A program made the position numbers and the translations under genes. Shown in pieces: positions 18,491-25,419 of a DNA stretch of 64,000 bases. Each line of letters starts with the position of its first letter. The first letter of the stretch is position 1. This DNA comes from an uncultured Schwartzia sp. (lineage in GTDB: Bacteria; Bacillota; Negativicutes; Selenomonadales; Selenomonadaceae): assembly GCA_964540025.1 (NCBI GenBank), contig CAZIKQ010000001.1, positions 31,260 to 95,259 on the forward strand, read 5' to 3'. The notes beneath the pieces were generated by a model. The model ran no database searches, had not been told where the DNA came from, and saw only the letters and a list, made by a program, of their open reading frames with translations.

Positions 18491-19350
18491 CTCTTCATTC
18501 TCCTGACGATAAATCCGTTTGCAACTACCTGTCCGCTTTCATGATTCGTTATCTTACATATGGAGTAATCGTCGTTTACTTCCACGACTTTGAGTTTTCC
18601 GGCGGGAATATATTTCATTATCATGCCGCCGTCCGGCTTTTGGATTGGTTTGCCTTCCCGGCAGATTTCAAAGGTTTCGCCGTTTCTCACGCCGTTCGCT
18701 GCGCCTGCATCTATATAGACCGTGTCGCCTTCCACGTCGATTATTACCCCAACGAATCTACCCAAAAGTTCTTCGAGAAAAGTGTCAGCGGCTTCCTTGC
18801 AGGCATTAAACAGCGCCATTTCGACATCCTTGCCGGTTTTGCTTCCTTCCGCGGAGACTACCCTTATTACTTCTCCCGTTTGATTGTTGATCGTTCGTAT
18901 ATTTACCGCCACTTTGGCCCGAATGTTATTTGTCGTGGATCTTACCATACCGCCCAGCGCTCCGCCGAGGGTGGAAGCGATTGCGTCGCTGGTAGAATTC
19001 TTACTTGCCGAGGCCATGGTGACAGTGCCAATCAGGGAATACTGCGCCCCGGTCAGCCTGCCGATTTCGATTGCCTGACCGGGGTCAACGGCGCCGGTCA
19101 TTTGAAATCCGCTTTCCCTAAGGGCGGTAGACAGCTGGTTCCGCTCCACGACAGTCGCCCGGCCGCTTCTGTAAAGAGCGTCAACCAGCTGTTCCGTCAT
19201 TATTTCCGCGACACGGCGTCCACCGTATCCCGAAATATTTTCCAGGGGCATTACGGCTACGACTTTTTTTGCCGCCGAACATTCCGGCATTGCTGCAAAC
19301 GCAACAAAAGCAGCGAACAATACAAGAAAACAGGCAAACCCTTTCTTCAT
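18487..19350 (-). CDS. secreted CsgG/LpoB-like (TolB-N-like fold) protein
   Basis: Signal peptide MKKGFACFLVLFAAFVAFAA. The N-terminal ~110 aa read KKVVAVMPLENISGYGGRRVAEIMTEQLVDALYRSGRATVVERNQLSTALRESGFQMTGAVDPGQAIEIGRLTGAQYSLIGTV, the hallmark pattern of CsgG/LpoB-type proteins. A C-terminal beta-rich domain follows. Confidence 0.6.
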   Translation of the reverse strand: MKKGFACFLVLFAAFVAFAAMPECSAAKKVVAVMPLENISGYGGRRVAEIMTEQLVDALYRSGRATVVERNQLSTALRESGFQMTGAVDPGQAIEIGRLTGAQYSLIGTVTMASASKNSTSDAIASTLGGALGGMVRSTTNNIRAKVAVNIRTINNQTGEVIRVVSAEGSKTGKDVEMALFNACKEAADTFLEELLGRFVGVIIDVEGDTVYIDAGAANGVRNGETFEICREGKPIQKPDGGMIMKYIPAGKLKVVEVNDDYSICKITNHESGQVVANGFIVRRMKR

Positions 19351-19411
19351 GATAAAGCTCCTTTTATTATCGTCTTTTTATCATGCTTTCCTATATCGCT
19401 AATCTATTGCT

Positions 19412-19440
19412 ATAGTACAAAAAATAATCACAAATATCAA
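19412..19440 (-). promoter_or_regulatory. candidate promoter of the secreted-protein operon
   Basis: The minus strand reads TTGATA (19440-19435), a 17-nt spacer, then TACTAT (19417-19412), about 60 nt upstream of ATG 19350 (RBS AAAGGAG). Confidence 0.45.
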
Positions 19441-19599
19441 TATGTTTTCTGGGTAGTGGCTGGAAAAGATCGTGTTCAATTTGTTATTGCAATTTACAAT
19501 TGCATTTATTCCCAACAAGCAGAACATCACATTGGATCGTTGGGATCAAAAATCTTGTTCAGTTCGTTATGCAAGTTGCATTGAGAAATTAAAATTTCA

Positions 19600-19628
19600 T
19601 TGACACAATTTCGCAATCCAAATATAAT
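19600..19628 (+). promoter_or_regulatory. perfect-consensus sigma-70 promoter of the type III TA remnant
   Basis: TTGACA (19600-19605), a 17-nt spacer, then TATAAT (19623-19628). Confidence 0.65.
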
Positions 19629-19635
19629 AAAAATA

Positions 19636-19727
19636 AGAGCAAATCTTTGCTGACAAGCGCTCCGCCGCTTTGAGAGTGGATCATTTATGAAGGGTACGCC
19701 GCGACCTTAACGGTGGCTGTAATGACG
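19636..19727 (+). ncRNA. candidate degenerate type III antitoxin RNA (about two ~35-nt repeats)
   Basis: This segment lies between the consensus promoter and the terminator. The motif series GCCGC...GTGG...ATGA..GGG occurs twice with offsets of 34-37 nt (GCCGC at 19664 and 19698; GTGG at 19676 and 19713; ATGA at 19687 and 19722). The repeats are imperfect. Confidence 0.3.
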
Positions 19728-19760
19728 AGAGGGGCGAGGTATATCGCCCCTCTTAATTTA
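19728..19760 (+). terminator. hairpin terminator between antitoxin-like RNA and toxN-like ORF
   Basis: 10-bp stem AGAGGGGCGA (19728-19737) / TCGCCCCTCT (19744-19753), loop GGTATA, then TAATTTA (a weak U-tract). Its position matches the terminator that separates toxI from toxN in type III TA loci. Confidence 0.5.
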
Positions 19761-19777
19761 TGCAGGAAGGGATCTCT

Positions 19778-20138
19778 ATGGAAAGACTTAACTTTTATAC
19801 TGTCGATCTTCAGTATGTAGAGTTTCTAAAACATGCCGAGCAGGAAAACGCGGCTTTAGTCGAGTACCTGATATGGATTACGGGCCGCAACGCAAGACCA
19901 AATTTCTTTGCGGTATAGTTCTTCAAATCGAAAATCTAAATTATTACTATGTCCCCGTTACGTCGTACAAACAACAAAAAGCCCGACAATTTCCTCATCA
20001 AAGCTGATAACGGTCAAGCAGAACGTACCTATAAAAGAGTTTTATTGGCAAAGAACCCCGGGTTGGTCGCGAATAGCTGTGAATTTGTTGGAGCAGGCTT
20101 ATTTCTCTTATGTCGATGCTTTTTTACATCCTCGATAA
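19778..20138 (+). pseudogene. ToxN/AbiQ-family type III toxin pseudogene (at least 2 frameshifts, truncated)
   Basis: Frame 1 gives MERLNFYTVDLQYVEFLKHAEQE. After the A-run at about 19846-19850 the homology continues in another frame as RGFSRVPDMDYGPQRKTKFLCGIVLQIENLNYYYVPVTSYKQQK. After the A-run at about 19976-19980 it continues in a third frame as PDNFLIKADNGQ. This matches the N-terminal half of ToxN/AbiQ (MKFYTISSKYIEYLK...IGIVLEI.G.KYLAPLTS.K). The remaining ~120 nt do not give a full-length (~170 aa) protein. Confidence 0.7.
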
Positions 20139-20160
20139 ATATTTACAGGAGATTTTTGGT

Positions 20161-20871
20161 ATGAAGATGACTAACGAAAAAAAGATGTATTCAATCGGAC
20201 GCAAAAACAAATCTTACTATCGCGAATGTATAATGCTCGCCTTATTGACAGCCGCCGCATTCTGCACTTTTGCTTTGGCAGCCTTGGCTGCCGGTTCTTC
20301 CCCATTGCCTGAGTCACAACCCTCGGCTGCTTCAAAAGAAATGGCCGCCAAAATTTCTTCCCCTGAAAAAGATTTTGGCCAGCAGATTCATTTTATCCGC
20401 ATCCACAAGCTTTCCCACACGTTGGAGCTTTTTGAAAAAGGTAAAGCCGCCCCAATCTGTACATATCCCTGCGCCGTGGCAAAAAATCCCGGGGACAAGC
20501 AGCGCGCCGGCGATAACACCACGCCCACCAGCTGGGGCGACGTAGTGGAGTCAATCCCGGAGGCTCTGCCGGAAACTCCATCTTCCGAGATTCCTTTTGA
20601 GGTCGACGAAATTGTTTACGCCGCCGACTGGACCCATGATTTCGGCGACGGCCGGGGAGAAATTGCCGGAGCCTACGGTCCCTGGTTTATCTCCTTGAAC
20701 ACGGGCTGGGACGGGATCGGGATCCACGGCACCCATGACCCGGACAGTATCGGAAAAAATGCCTCGGAAGGATGTATCAGGCTCCGCAATGAGGATGTTG
20801 CCGAGCTGAAGGATTTAATCTCCAAGCATGATGGAGGAATCGGCGTAAGGGTTGTCATCACCGAGGACTGA
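20161..20871 (+). CDS. L,D-transpeptidase (YkuD domain)
   Basis: The start was moved to ATG 20161 (RBS AGGAG). There is an N-terminal TM (IMLALLTAAAFCTFALAALAA). The catalytic motif is GIHGTHDPDSIGKNASEGCIRL. Confidence 0.85.
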   Translation: MKMTNEKKMYSIGRKNKSYYRECIMLALLTAAAFCTFALAALAAGSSPLPESQPSAASKEMAAKISSPEKDFGQQIHFIRIHKLSHTLELFEKGKAAPICTYPCAVAKNPGDKQRAGDNTTPTSWGDVVESIPEALPETPSSEIPFEVDEIVYAADWTHDFGDGRGEIAGAYGPWFISLNTGWDGIGIHGTHDPDSIGKNASEGCIRLRNEDVAELKDLISKHDGGIGVRVVITED

Positions 20872-20933
20872 CGATTGCCAAAAGACAGCTATCACCATAA
20901 AATTTCCCTTTTGAGGAACCGCGCCCCCAAGTA

Positions 20934-21170
20934 TCCCCTCTAAGGAAGGTGGCCGTCAGGCGGTCGGGGTTCATAGACAGACCAAGTTATCGGCTTACGT
21001 CACCCCTCAGTCGGCTACGCCGACAGCTCCCCTACAGGGGAGCCTCAGACAGAATAAGTGACTTTGTCGACAAGCTGAATCCCCTACAGGGGAGCCTATT
21101 AGCCAGATTATATGTTACCCTCAGTCTCCCCTTCAGAGGAAATGGCCGTCAGGCGGTCGGGGTTAGCTTG
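20934..21170. repeat. cluster of palindromic REP/MITE-like elements (family copy R1)
   Basis: Contains CACCCCTCAGTCGGCTACGCCGACAGCTCCCCTACAGGGGAGCC, a second CCCCTACAGGGGAGCC, and two exact copies of GGCCGTCAGGCGGTCGGGGTT (20950-20970 and 21144-21164). The same modules recur at 38140-38345, 45546-45580 and 46935-47075. Confidence 0.8.
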
Positions 21171-21213
21171 TTTCACGGCATAGCGTAATCTTTATTTCTG
21201 TTCAATTATGGAA

Positions 21214-21657
21214 TCAGCATATCGCGTCAAGTTGCCCGGAGATAAAATAAACCGATGAAGCTTCGCACATTCTCGTTCCCAGCTCGTCTTGTACCGTGAC
21301 AGTCAGCACGATTACCGTCTGGCCGCAATGCACGACGCTGGCCGCCGCCGTGACGGGGCCAATGCCGCGCGTGTTGCTGATGTAATTGATGTTCAGGTTA
21401 AGGGTCTGCGCAATAAAACCCAGCGTAGCGCAAGCAATGCCGCAGGCCGAATCGATCAATGTGGCCAGCGCCCCGCCGTGAAGCCCCAGCCAATGATTGG
21501 TGTTTATGTCATCAAGGATAGGCATTGCGAGGGTGACGCTACCTTCCGTTAAATTTTCTATTTTAATACCGACCGTTTGCATCATCGCGTTGCCTTTCCA
21601 AATTTCCCGGATAGCCTTGCTGCGCGATTCGTTCATAAACATTTCCTCCACATTCAC
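21214..21657 (-). CDS. PaaI-family hotdog-fold thioesterase
   Basis: 147 aa with the motif WLGLHGGALATLIDSACGIACATLG, typical of PaaI/YbgC-like thioesterases. Confidence 0.75.
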   Translation of the reverse strand: MNVEEMFMNESRSKAIREIWKGNAMMQTVGIKIENLTEGSVTLAMPILDDINTNHWLGLHGGALATLIDSACGIACATLGFIAQTLNLNINYISNTRGIGPVTAAASVVHCGQTVIVLTVTVQDELGTRMCEASSVYFISGQLDAIC

Positions 21658-21694
21658 AATATATAATAAAATTTTCTTTTCGATCTAGATTCCG

Positions 21695-22648
21695 TCAGTA
21701 AAACGCGCTGACGATCGTCATGTAAACGGGGATGGTAATCAGGCCAAAGAGGATTGTAATCATGCTCAAGGCAGCAGCGTATTGGCTGTCGGCCCCGTAG
21801 TTTTTCGCAACAATGGCCATCTGCGTCATGGCTGGCATAGCCGCCTGCATGACGAATACCTTTATGGAAAGAGGCGTTGCGGGAACAAACGGCACAAGCG
21901 TCATAACGCAGAGCGGCGAGATGAAAAAGCGGCCGGTCAAACCCCAAATAACATCGCGTTCAAAGCGGAATGTCCGCAGCGGAATGCGGCTGATTTCGAT
22001 GCCGATGAAAAGGAGCGACAGCAGCGTCGTGAGATTGCCGATATATGACAGCCCCGCGCGCAGAAAAGCTGGCAGGGGACACTCTGCAAAGATGAGAACC
22101 AGCGCAGTCAAAAAGCCAAGAAGAGGCGGCGAAAACAGTTTTTTCAGAATGGTTCGGGAGAAAAACGCCTCCGTGCTTCCCGTTGTATCGGCCAATATAT
22201 TCTGTACGCCGAACGTCCAGAAGAAAATCGTGTTTGCCATATAATAAAGCATCACGGCGGGAATGCTTTCATCCCCAAAGAGGGCGAGATTGACCGGCAG
22301 CCCGATAAAGACCGTATTGGCGATAAAAAAATTCGTTGTAAAAACGCCGCGCCGTCCCTTACGGACATGAAGCAGGCGCGCAACGATATGAGAAACGAAC
22401 ATCGCGAGGAGAATCGAGAGCACCGGCAGCAGGAGATCCGGGGCAAGCCTGCATAACCCCTCGGCGGTAAAGCTTCGCGTGAGGCCAACGACGAGATAGC
22501 AGGGCAGCGATACATTTGTCACCAGCCGTGAGATAACCGCGCCGCTCTCAGCGTGGAACCAGCCCCGCCGATTGAGAATAAAACCCGCGCTAACGACGAT
22601 AATGATCGTAAAAATTCCCTGCAAGGCCTGCAGAACGTACCCGAGCAC
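21695..22648 (-). CDS. AEC (auxin efflux carrier) family transporter, MdcF-like
   Basis: 317 aa with about 10 TM segments. The N-terminus MLGYVLQALQGIFTIIIVVSAGFILNRRGWF is typical of the AEC family, the family that contains the malonate carrier MdcF. Confidence 0.75.
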   Translation of the reverse strand: MLGYVLQALQGIFTIIIVVSAGFILNRRGWFHAESGAVISRLVTNVSLPCYLVVGLTRSFTAEGLCRLAPDLLLPVLSILLAMFVSHIVARLLHVRKGRRGVFTTNFFIANTVFIGLPVNLALFGDESIPAVMLYYMANTIFFWTFGVQNILADTTGSTEAFFSRTILKKLFSPPLLGFLTALVLIFAECPLPAFLRAGLSYIGNLTTLLSLLFIGIEISRIPLRTFRFERDVIWGLTGRFFISPLCVMTLVPFVPATPLSIKVFVMQAAMPAMTQMAIVAKNYGADSQYAAALSMITILFGLITIPVYMTIVSAFY

Positions 22649-22815
22649 AAGAAATCACCCTTTCCGCTATGTTCGCTGCATAGAATATAATTCAGAAATC
22701 ATCATAAAAGCTAAGAGACGCTTATTGCGCACCGCCGGAAAAGAAATGACGAACAACGACGCGATAGGGACAGCATACGGCAGAAGACATACGCGCGCCC
22801 CATATCTACATGAGT

Positions 22816-22845
22816 AAAGCCCAGCAAAAAAAAGCTGGGCTTTTA
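22816..22845. terminator. hairpin at the end of the mad operon
   Basis: AAAGCCCAGC (22816-22825), an A8 loop, then GCTGGGCTTT (22834-22843), 37 nt downstream of the madM stop. The U-tract is better on the plus strand, so the efficiency for madM is uncertain. Confidence 0.4.
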
Positions 22846-22881
22846 CTTTAACAGGTAAAAAATGGCGATAACCAAGACTGT

Positions 22882-23637
22882 TTATCCAAAAATAGCCTGC
22901 GTCAGGAAGTAGAACACCGAAGGGAAGGTCAGGCAGCCCGAACCTGTATAGAATGTCGCGGTCATCGCTGCGTAAGGAACGAGCTTCGGATTGACTGCGG
23001 CCATACCAGCGGCAGTGCCGCTGGTGGTACCCATGAGCCCGCCAAAAATCATAGCGGCCTGCGGATTATCCAAGCCGACGGCTTTGGCCACAAACGGCGT
23101 GCAGATCATAACGAGCACGCTCTTGACGACACCCGCCGCAATGCTGATGGCAATGACCTCCGAGGAAGCGCCAAGCGCCGCTCCCGTCACAGGTCCTACG
23201 ACGAAGGTTGCGACGCCGGCGCCGATCGTATTCAGGCTGACAGCATCACGATAGCCGAACGCATAAGCGATTGCCACACCAGCGATCCACGAAGTCACCA
23301 GTCCTAAAACGAGGGAAATAACGCCGACCGCACCCACCTTTTTAATCTCGCGCAGATCCGCGCCAAATGCCGTCGAAACGATTGCAAAGTCACGGAACAT
23401 TGCCCCGCCCATCATGCCGATACCGGCAAACATGGGAATCAATGCAATTCCTTTAGAGCCGCCGCCAAGGTAAGCAAGGACAAGGCCGAAGAAAATCGCC
23501 ACAGCCGAACCATGAATGCGGCCTTTCGTCAATCCGGCCAGCTTATAAGCGACGAGGTTCGTTAAACCGATAAGCACAAAGGCGAAGATGAGCCCGTTTT
23601 TTGTCAACACCTTGCTGAACATCGCTGCAATATCCAT
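22882..23637 (-). CDS. madM: malonate transporter subunit MadM
   Basis: 251-aa polytopic membrane protein. Its start overlaps the madL stop (TAATG at 23637). The size, order and sequence (MDIAAMFSKVLTKNGLIFAFVLIGLTNL...) fit the MadL/MadM two-component malonate carrier. Confidence 0.8.
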   Translation of the reverse strand: MDIAAMFSKVLTKNGLIFAFVLIGLTNLVAYKLAGLTKGRIHGSAVAIFFGLVLAYLGGGSKGIALIPMFAGIGMMGGAMFRDFAIVSTAFGADLREIKKVGAVGVISLVLGLVTSWIAGVAIAYAFGYRDAVSLNTIGAGVATFVVGPVTGAALGASSEVIAISIAAGVVKSVLVMICTPFVAKAVGLDNPQAAMIFGGLMGTTSGTAAGMAAVNPKLVPYAAMTATFYTGSGCLTFPSVFYFLTQAIFG

Positions 23638-24029
23638 TATTTCACCGCCGTTTCTTCATCGCTGATTTCGCCTTGACCTTTTTTCCCACGGGAAAGGATG
23701 GGAATCAGGGCAAAACCCAGGATAACCCCGAGAAGCCCGCCGCCGATTGCAACCGCGCCGCCAGAGAGCGCGGCAACGACATTTTGAATGGAACTCATCG
23801 CAACGACAATCGGAATGTACATTGCGCTCCAAAACGCGATTCCTTCCTGGCTCTTCTTGTCCAGCCAGCCGTCATCGATGCCTTTATTTGCCAGGATGAT
23901 CAAGAGCAGCATGGCAAAGCCGACACCACCGACATTCGCCTTGACGCCGAGAAGCACGCCGAGCACATCTCCGGCGAAAATGCCGGCGATATAACAAGCC
24001 GCAAGCAGCGCTACACCATAGATAACCAT
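23637..24029 (-). CDS. madL: malonate transporter subunit MadL
   Basis: 130-aa protein with about 4 TM segments (MVIYGVALLAACYIAGIFAGDVLGVLLGVKANVGGVGFAMLLLIIL...). RBS GAGGAGG. It is paired with madM. Confidence 0.8.
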   Translation of the reverse strand: MVIYGVALLAACYIAGIFAGDVLGVLLGVKANVGGVGFAMLLLIILANKGIDDGWLDKKSQEGIAFWSAMYIPIVVAMSSIQNVVAALSGGAVAIGGGLLGVILGFALIPILSRGKKGQGEISDEETAVK

Positions 24030-24202
24030 AAATTTACCTCCTCAGTACAATTTTTTATTATCACCGCAGGAAAAACAGATCCTGAAAACGACGAAACAAC
24101 TGAGAATGTCATACTTTATCGAAAAAATAACCTTCGGCAAAAGGGGCGGCATGGCAACAAAATTCACTCATACCGCCTCACTCTCACCTATTAAAGGAGG
24201 GT

Positions 24203-24412
24203 TTACTCGACGATAGCCAGCACCTGACCGGCACGAACCCTGTCCCCTTCCTTGACCTTGTACTCCTTGACAACTCCGGCGGCAGGGGAAGGAACTAATT
24301 GCTTCATCTTCATAGCCTCCATGACGATGAGAACATCCTTGACGGCAACGCTGTCGCCAACGGCTTTTTCAAAACGGACGATTTTTCCGGGAACGCGTGA
24401 TTTTACTTCCAT
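24203..24412 (-). CDS. madF: biotin carrier protein of malonate decarboxylase, copy 1
   Basis: 69-aa biotinyl domain with the EAMKM biotinylation motif (MEVKSRVPGKIVRFEKAVGDSVAVKDVLIVMEAMKMKQLVPSPAAGVV...). RBS AGGGAG. Confidence 0.85.
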   Translation of the reverse strand: MEVKSRVPGKIVRFEKAVGDSVAVKDVLIVMEAMKMKQLVPSPAAGVVKEYKVKEGDRVRAGQVLAIVE

Positions 24413-24456
24413 GATAATATCTCCCTTACTTTGATTAAAAATTGTTTATTCCTGAA

Positions 24457-24666
24457 TCACTCGACGATAGCCAGCACCTGCCCCGCGCGGACGCGGTCCC
24501 CTTCCTTGACCTTGTACTCCTTGACAACGCCGGCAACAGGGGAAGGAACGAGCTGTTTCATCTTCATAGCCTCCATGACGATGAGAACGTCCTTGACGGC
24601 AACGCTGTCGCCGACCGCCTTTTCAAAACGAACGATTTTTCCGGGAACGCGTGATTTTACTTCCAT
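24457..24666 (-). CDS. madF: biotin carrier protein of malonate decarboxylase, copy 2
   Basis: The start was moved to the internal ATG 24666 (RBS AAGGAG 8 nt upstream). The 69-aa product is identical to copy 1 except for A44V, and the EAMKM motif is present. Confidence 0.85.
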   Translation of the reverse strand: MEVKSRVPGKIVRFEKAVGDSVAVKDVLIVMEAMKMKQLVPSPVAGVVKEYKVKEGDRVRAGQVLAIVE

Positions 24667-24747
24667 GATAAAGTCTCCTTTGTTTTTCTTAAATTTACGG
24701 GTGTGGTTTCGTGACGAACTGTTGCCATCGCATTTCAAGCCGTCACA

Positions 24748-25419
24748 TCACGATAAATATTCCGTTATTTGCTGACGTTCGAGCAGCGCGACGTCGTGCA
24801 GGCTCTTACCCAAAACGGTCCTGGTATCGGCGAAAATCTCAGCGATCTTCACGCCGTAGCCATTGCGGAATTCGACCTCAACATCCATTCTGACATCAGG
24901 GTAAAGACGGCGCGCTTCTTCCGCAAAGGCCGACAAGCGTTCCAGAGAAGCCTCCTGAACGAGCAGGTCAAGGTCAGAATCCAAATCGGTATAAGGGAGT
25001 CCTGTCGCCATTTCAAGCGCCACAGACCCAAGCACCCCAACTCTCAAATTCATGCTCTGCCCGAGCTTCGCCAGCATGACGGCTGCTTCTATACAGCGAT
25101 GACGCGGCGTGACAGGCAAATTGACAACATCATAGGGACGCATCACATGGCTTACTTCGGCGATAGGCACCCGCGCAGGAATGCGGATGCGGTTATCGTC
25201 AAGACGAAGATAATGAACGAACCCGATGGGAATTGTTTCAGGTGAAATTGGTTCATCACGGCGCACGATGCCGGGAATGTCGGCCGGGCCCATGAGAATC
25301 TCCTCTACCATATCGAGCATAGTTCCCTGATAAAAGTGCAGCAGCTGCTCTTGCAGGAACAGCTTGCCCTTATCGGTAACAAATGCGAGATCATGTCTTA
25401 AAAAGACCGTTTTTTCCAT
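24748..25419 (-). CDS. mdcG: malonate decarboxylase holo-ACP synthase (phosphoribosyl-dephospho-CoA transferase)
   Basis: 223 aa with the MdcG-type nucleotidyltransferase block GVLGSVALEMATGLPYTDLDSDLDLLV. It lies within the mad cluster. Confidence 0.75.
   Translation of the reverse strand: MEKTVFLRHDLAFVTDKGKLFLQEQLLHFYQGTMLDMVEEILMGPADIPGIVRRDEPISPETIPIGFVHYLRLDDNRIRIPARVPIAEVSHVMRPYDVVNLPVTPRHRCIEAAVMLAKLGQSMNLRVGVLGSVALEMATGLPYTDLDSDLDLLVQEASLERLSAFAEEARRLYPDVRMDVEVEFRNGYGVKIAEIFADTRTVLGKSLHDVALLERQQITEYLS

Noticed and set aside
19908-20164. Two overlapping track ORFs (76 and 71 aa) upstream of the L,D-transpeptidase gene.
   Set aside because: They are alternative frames of the frameshifted ToxN/AbiQ pseudogene (the PDNFLIKADNGQ segment lies in one of them), not independent genes.
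20934-21170. Possibility that the repeated palindromes form a CRISPR array.
   Set aside because: The repeats are heterogeneous modules in both orientations with irregular spacing. There are no uniform repeat-spacer units and no cas genes in the window.
20949-21188. 79-aa ORF (MAVRRSGFIDRPSYRLTSPLSRLRRQLPYRGAS...).
   Set aside because: It is the translation of the REP/MITE-like palindromes. The same peptide-like strings arise wherever the repeat occurs, so it is not a gene.
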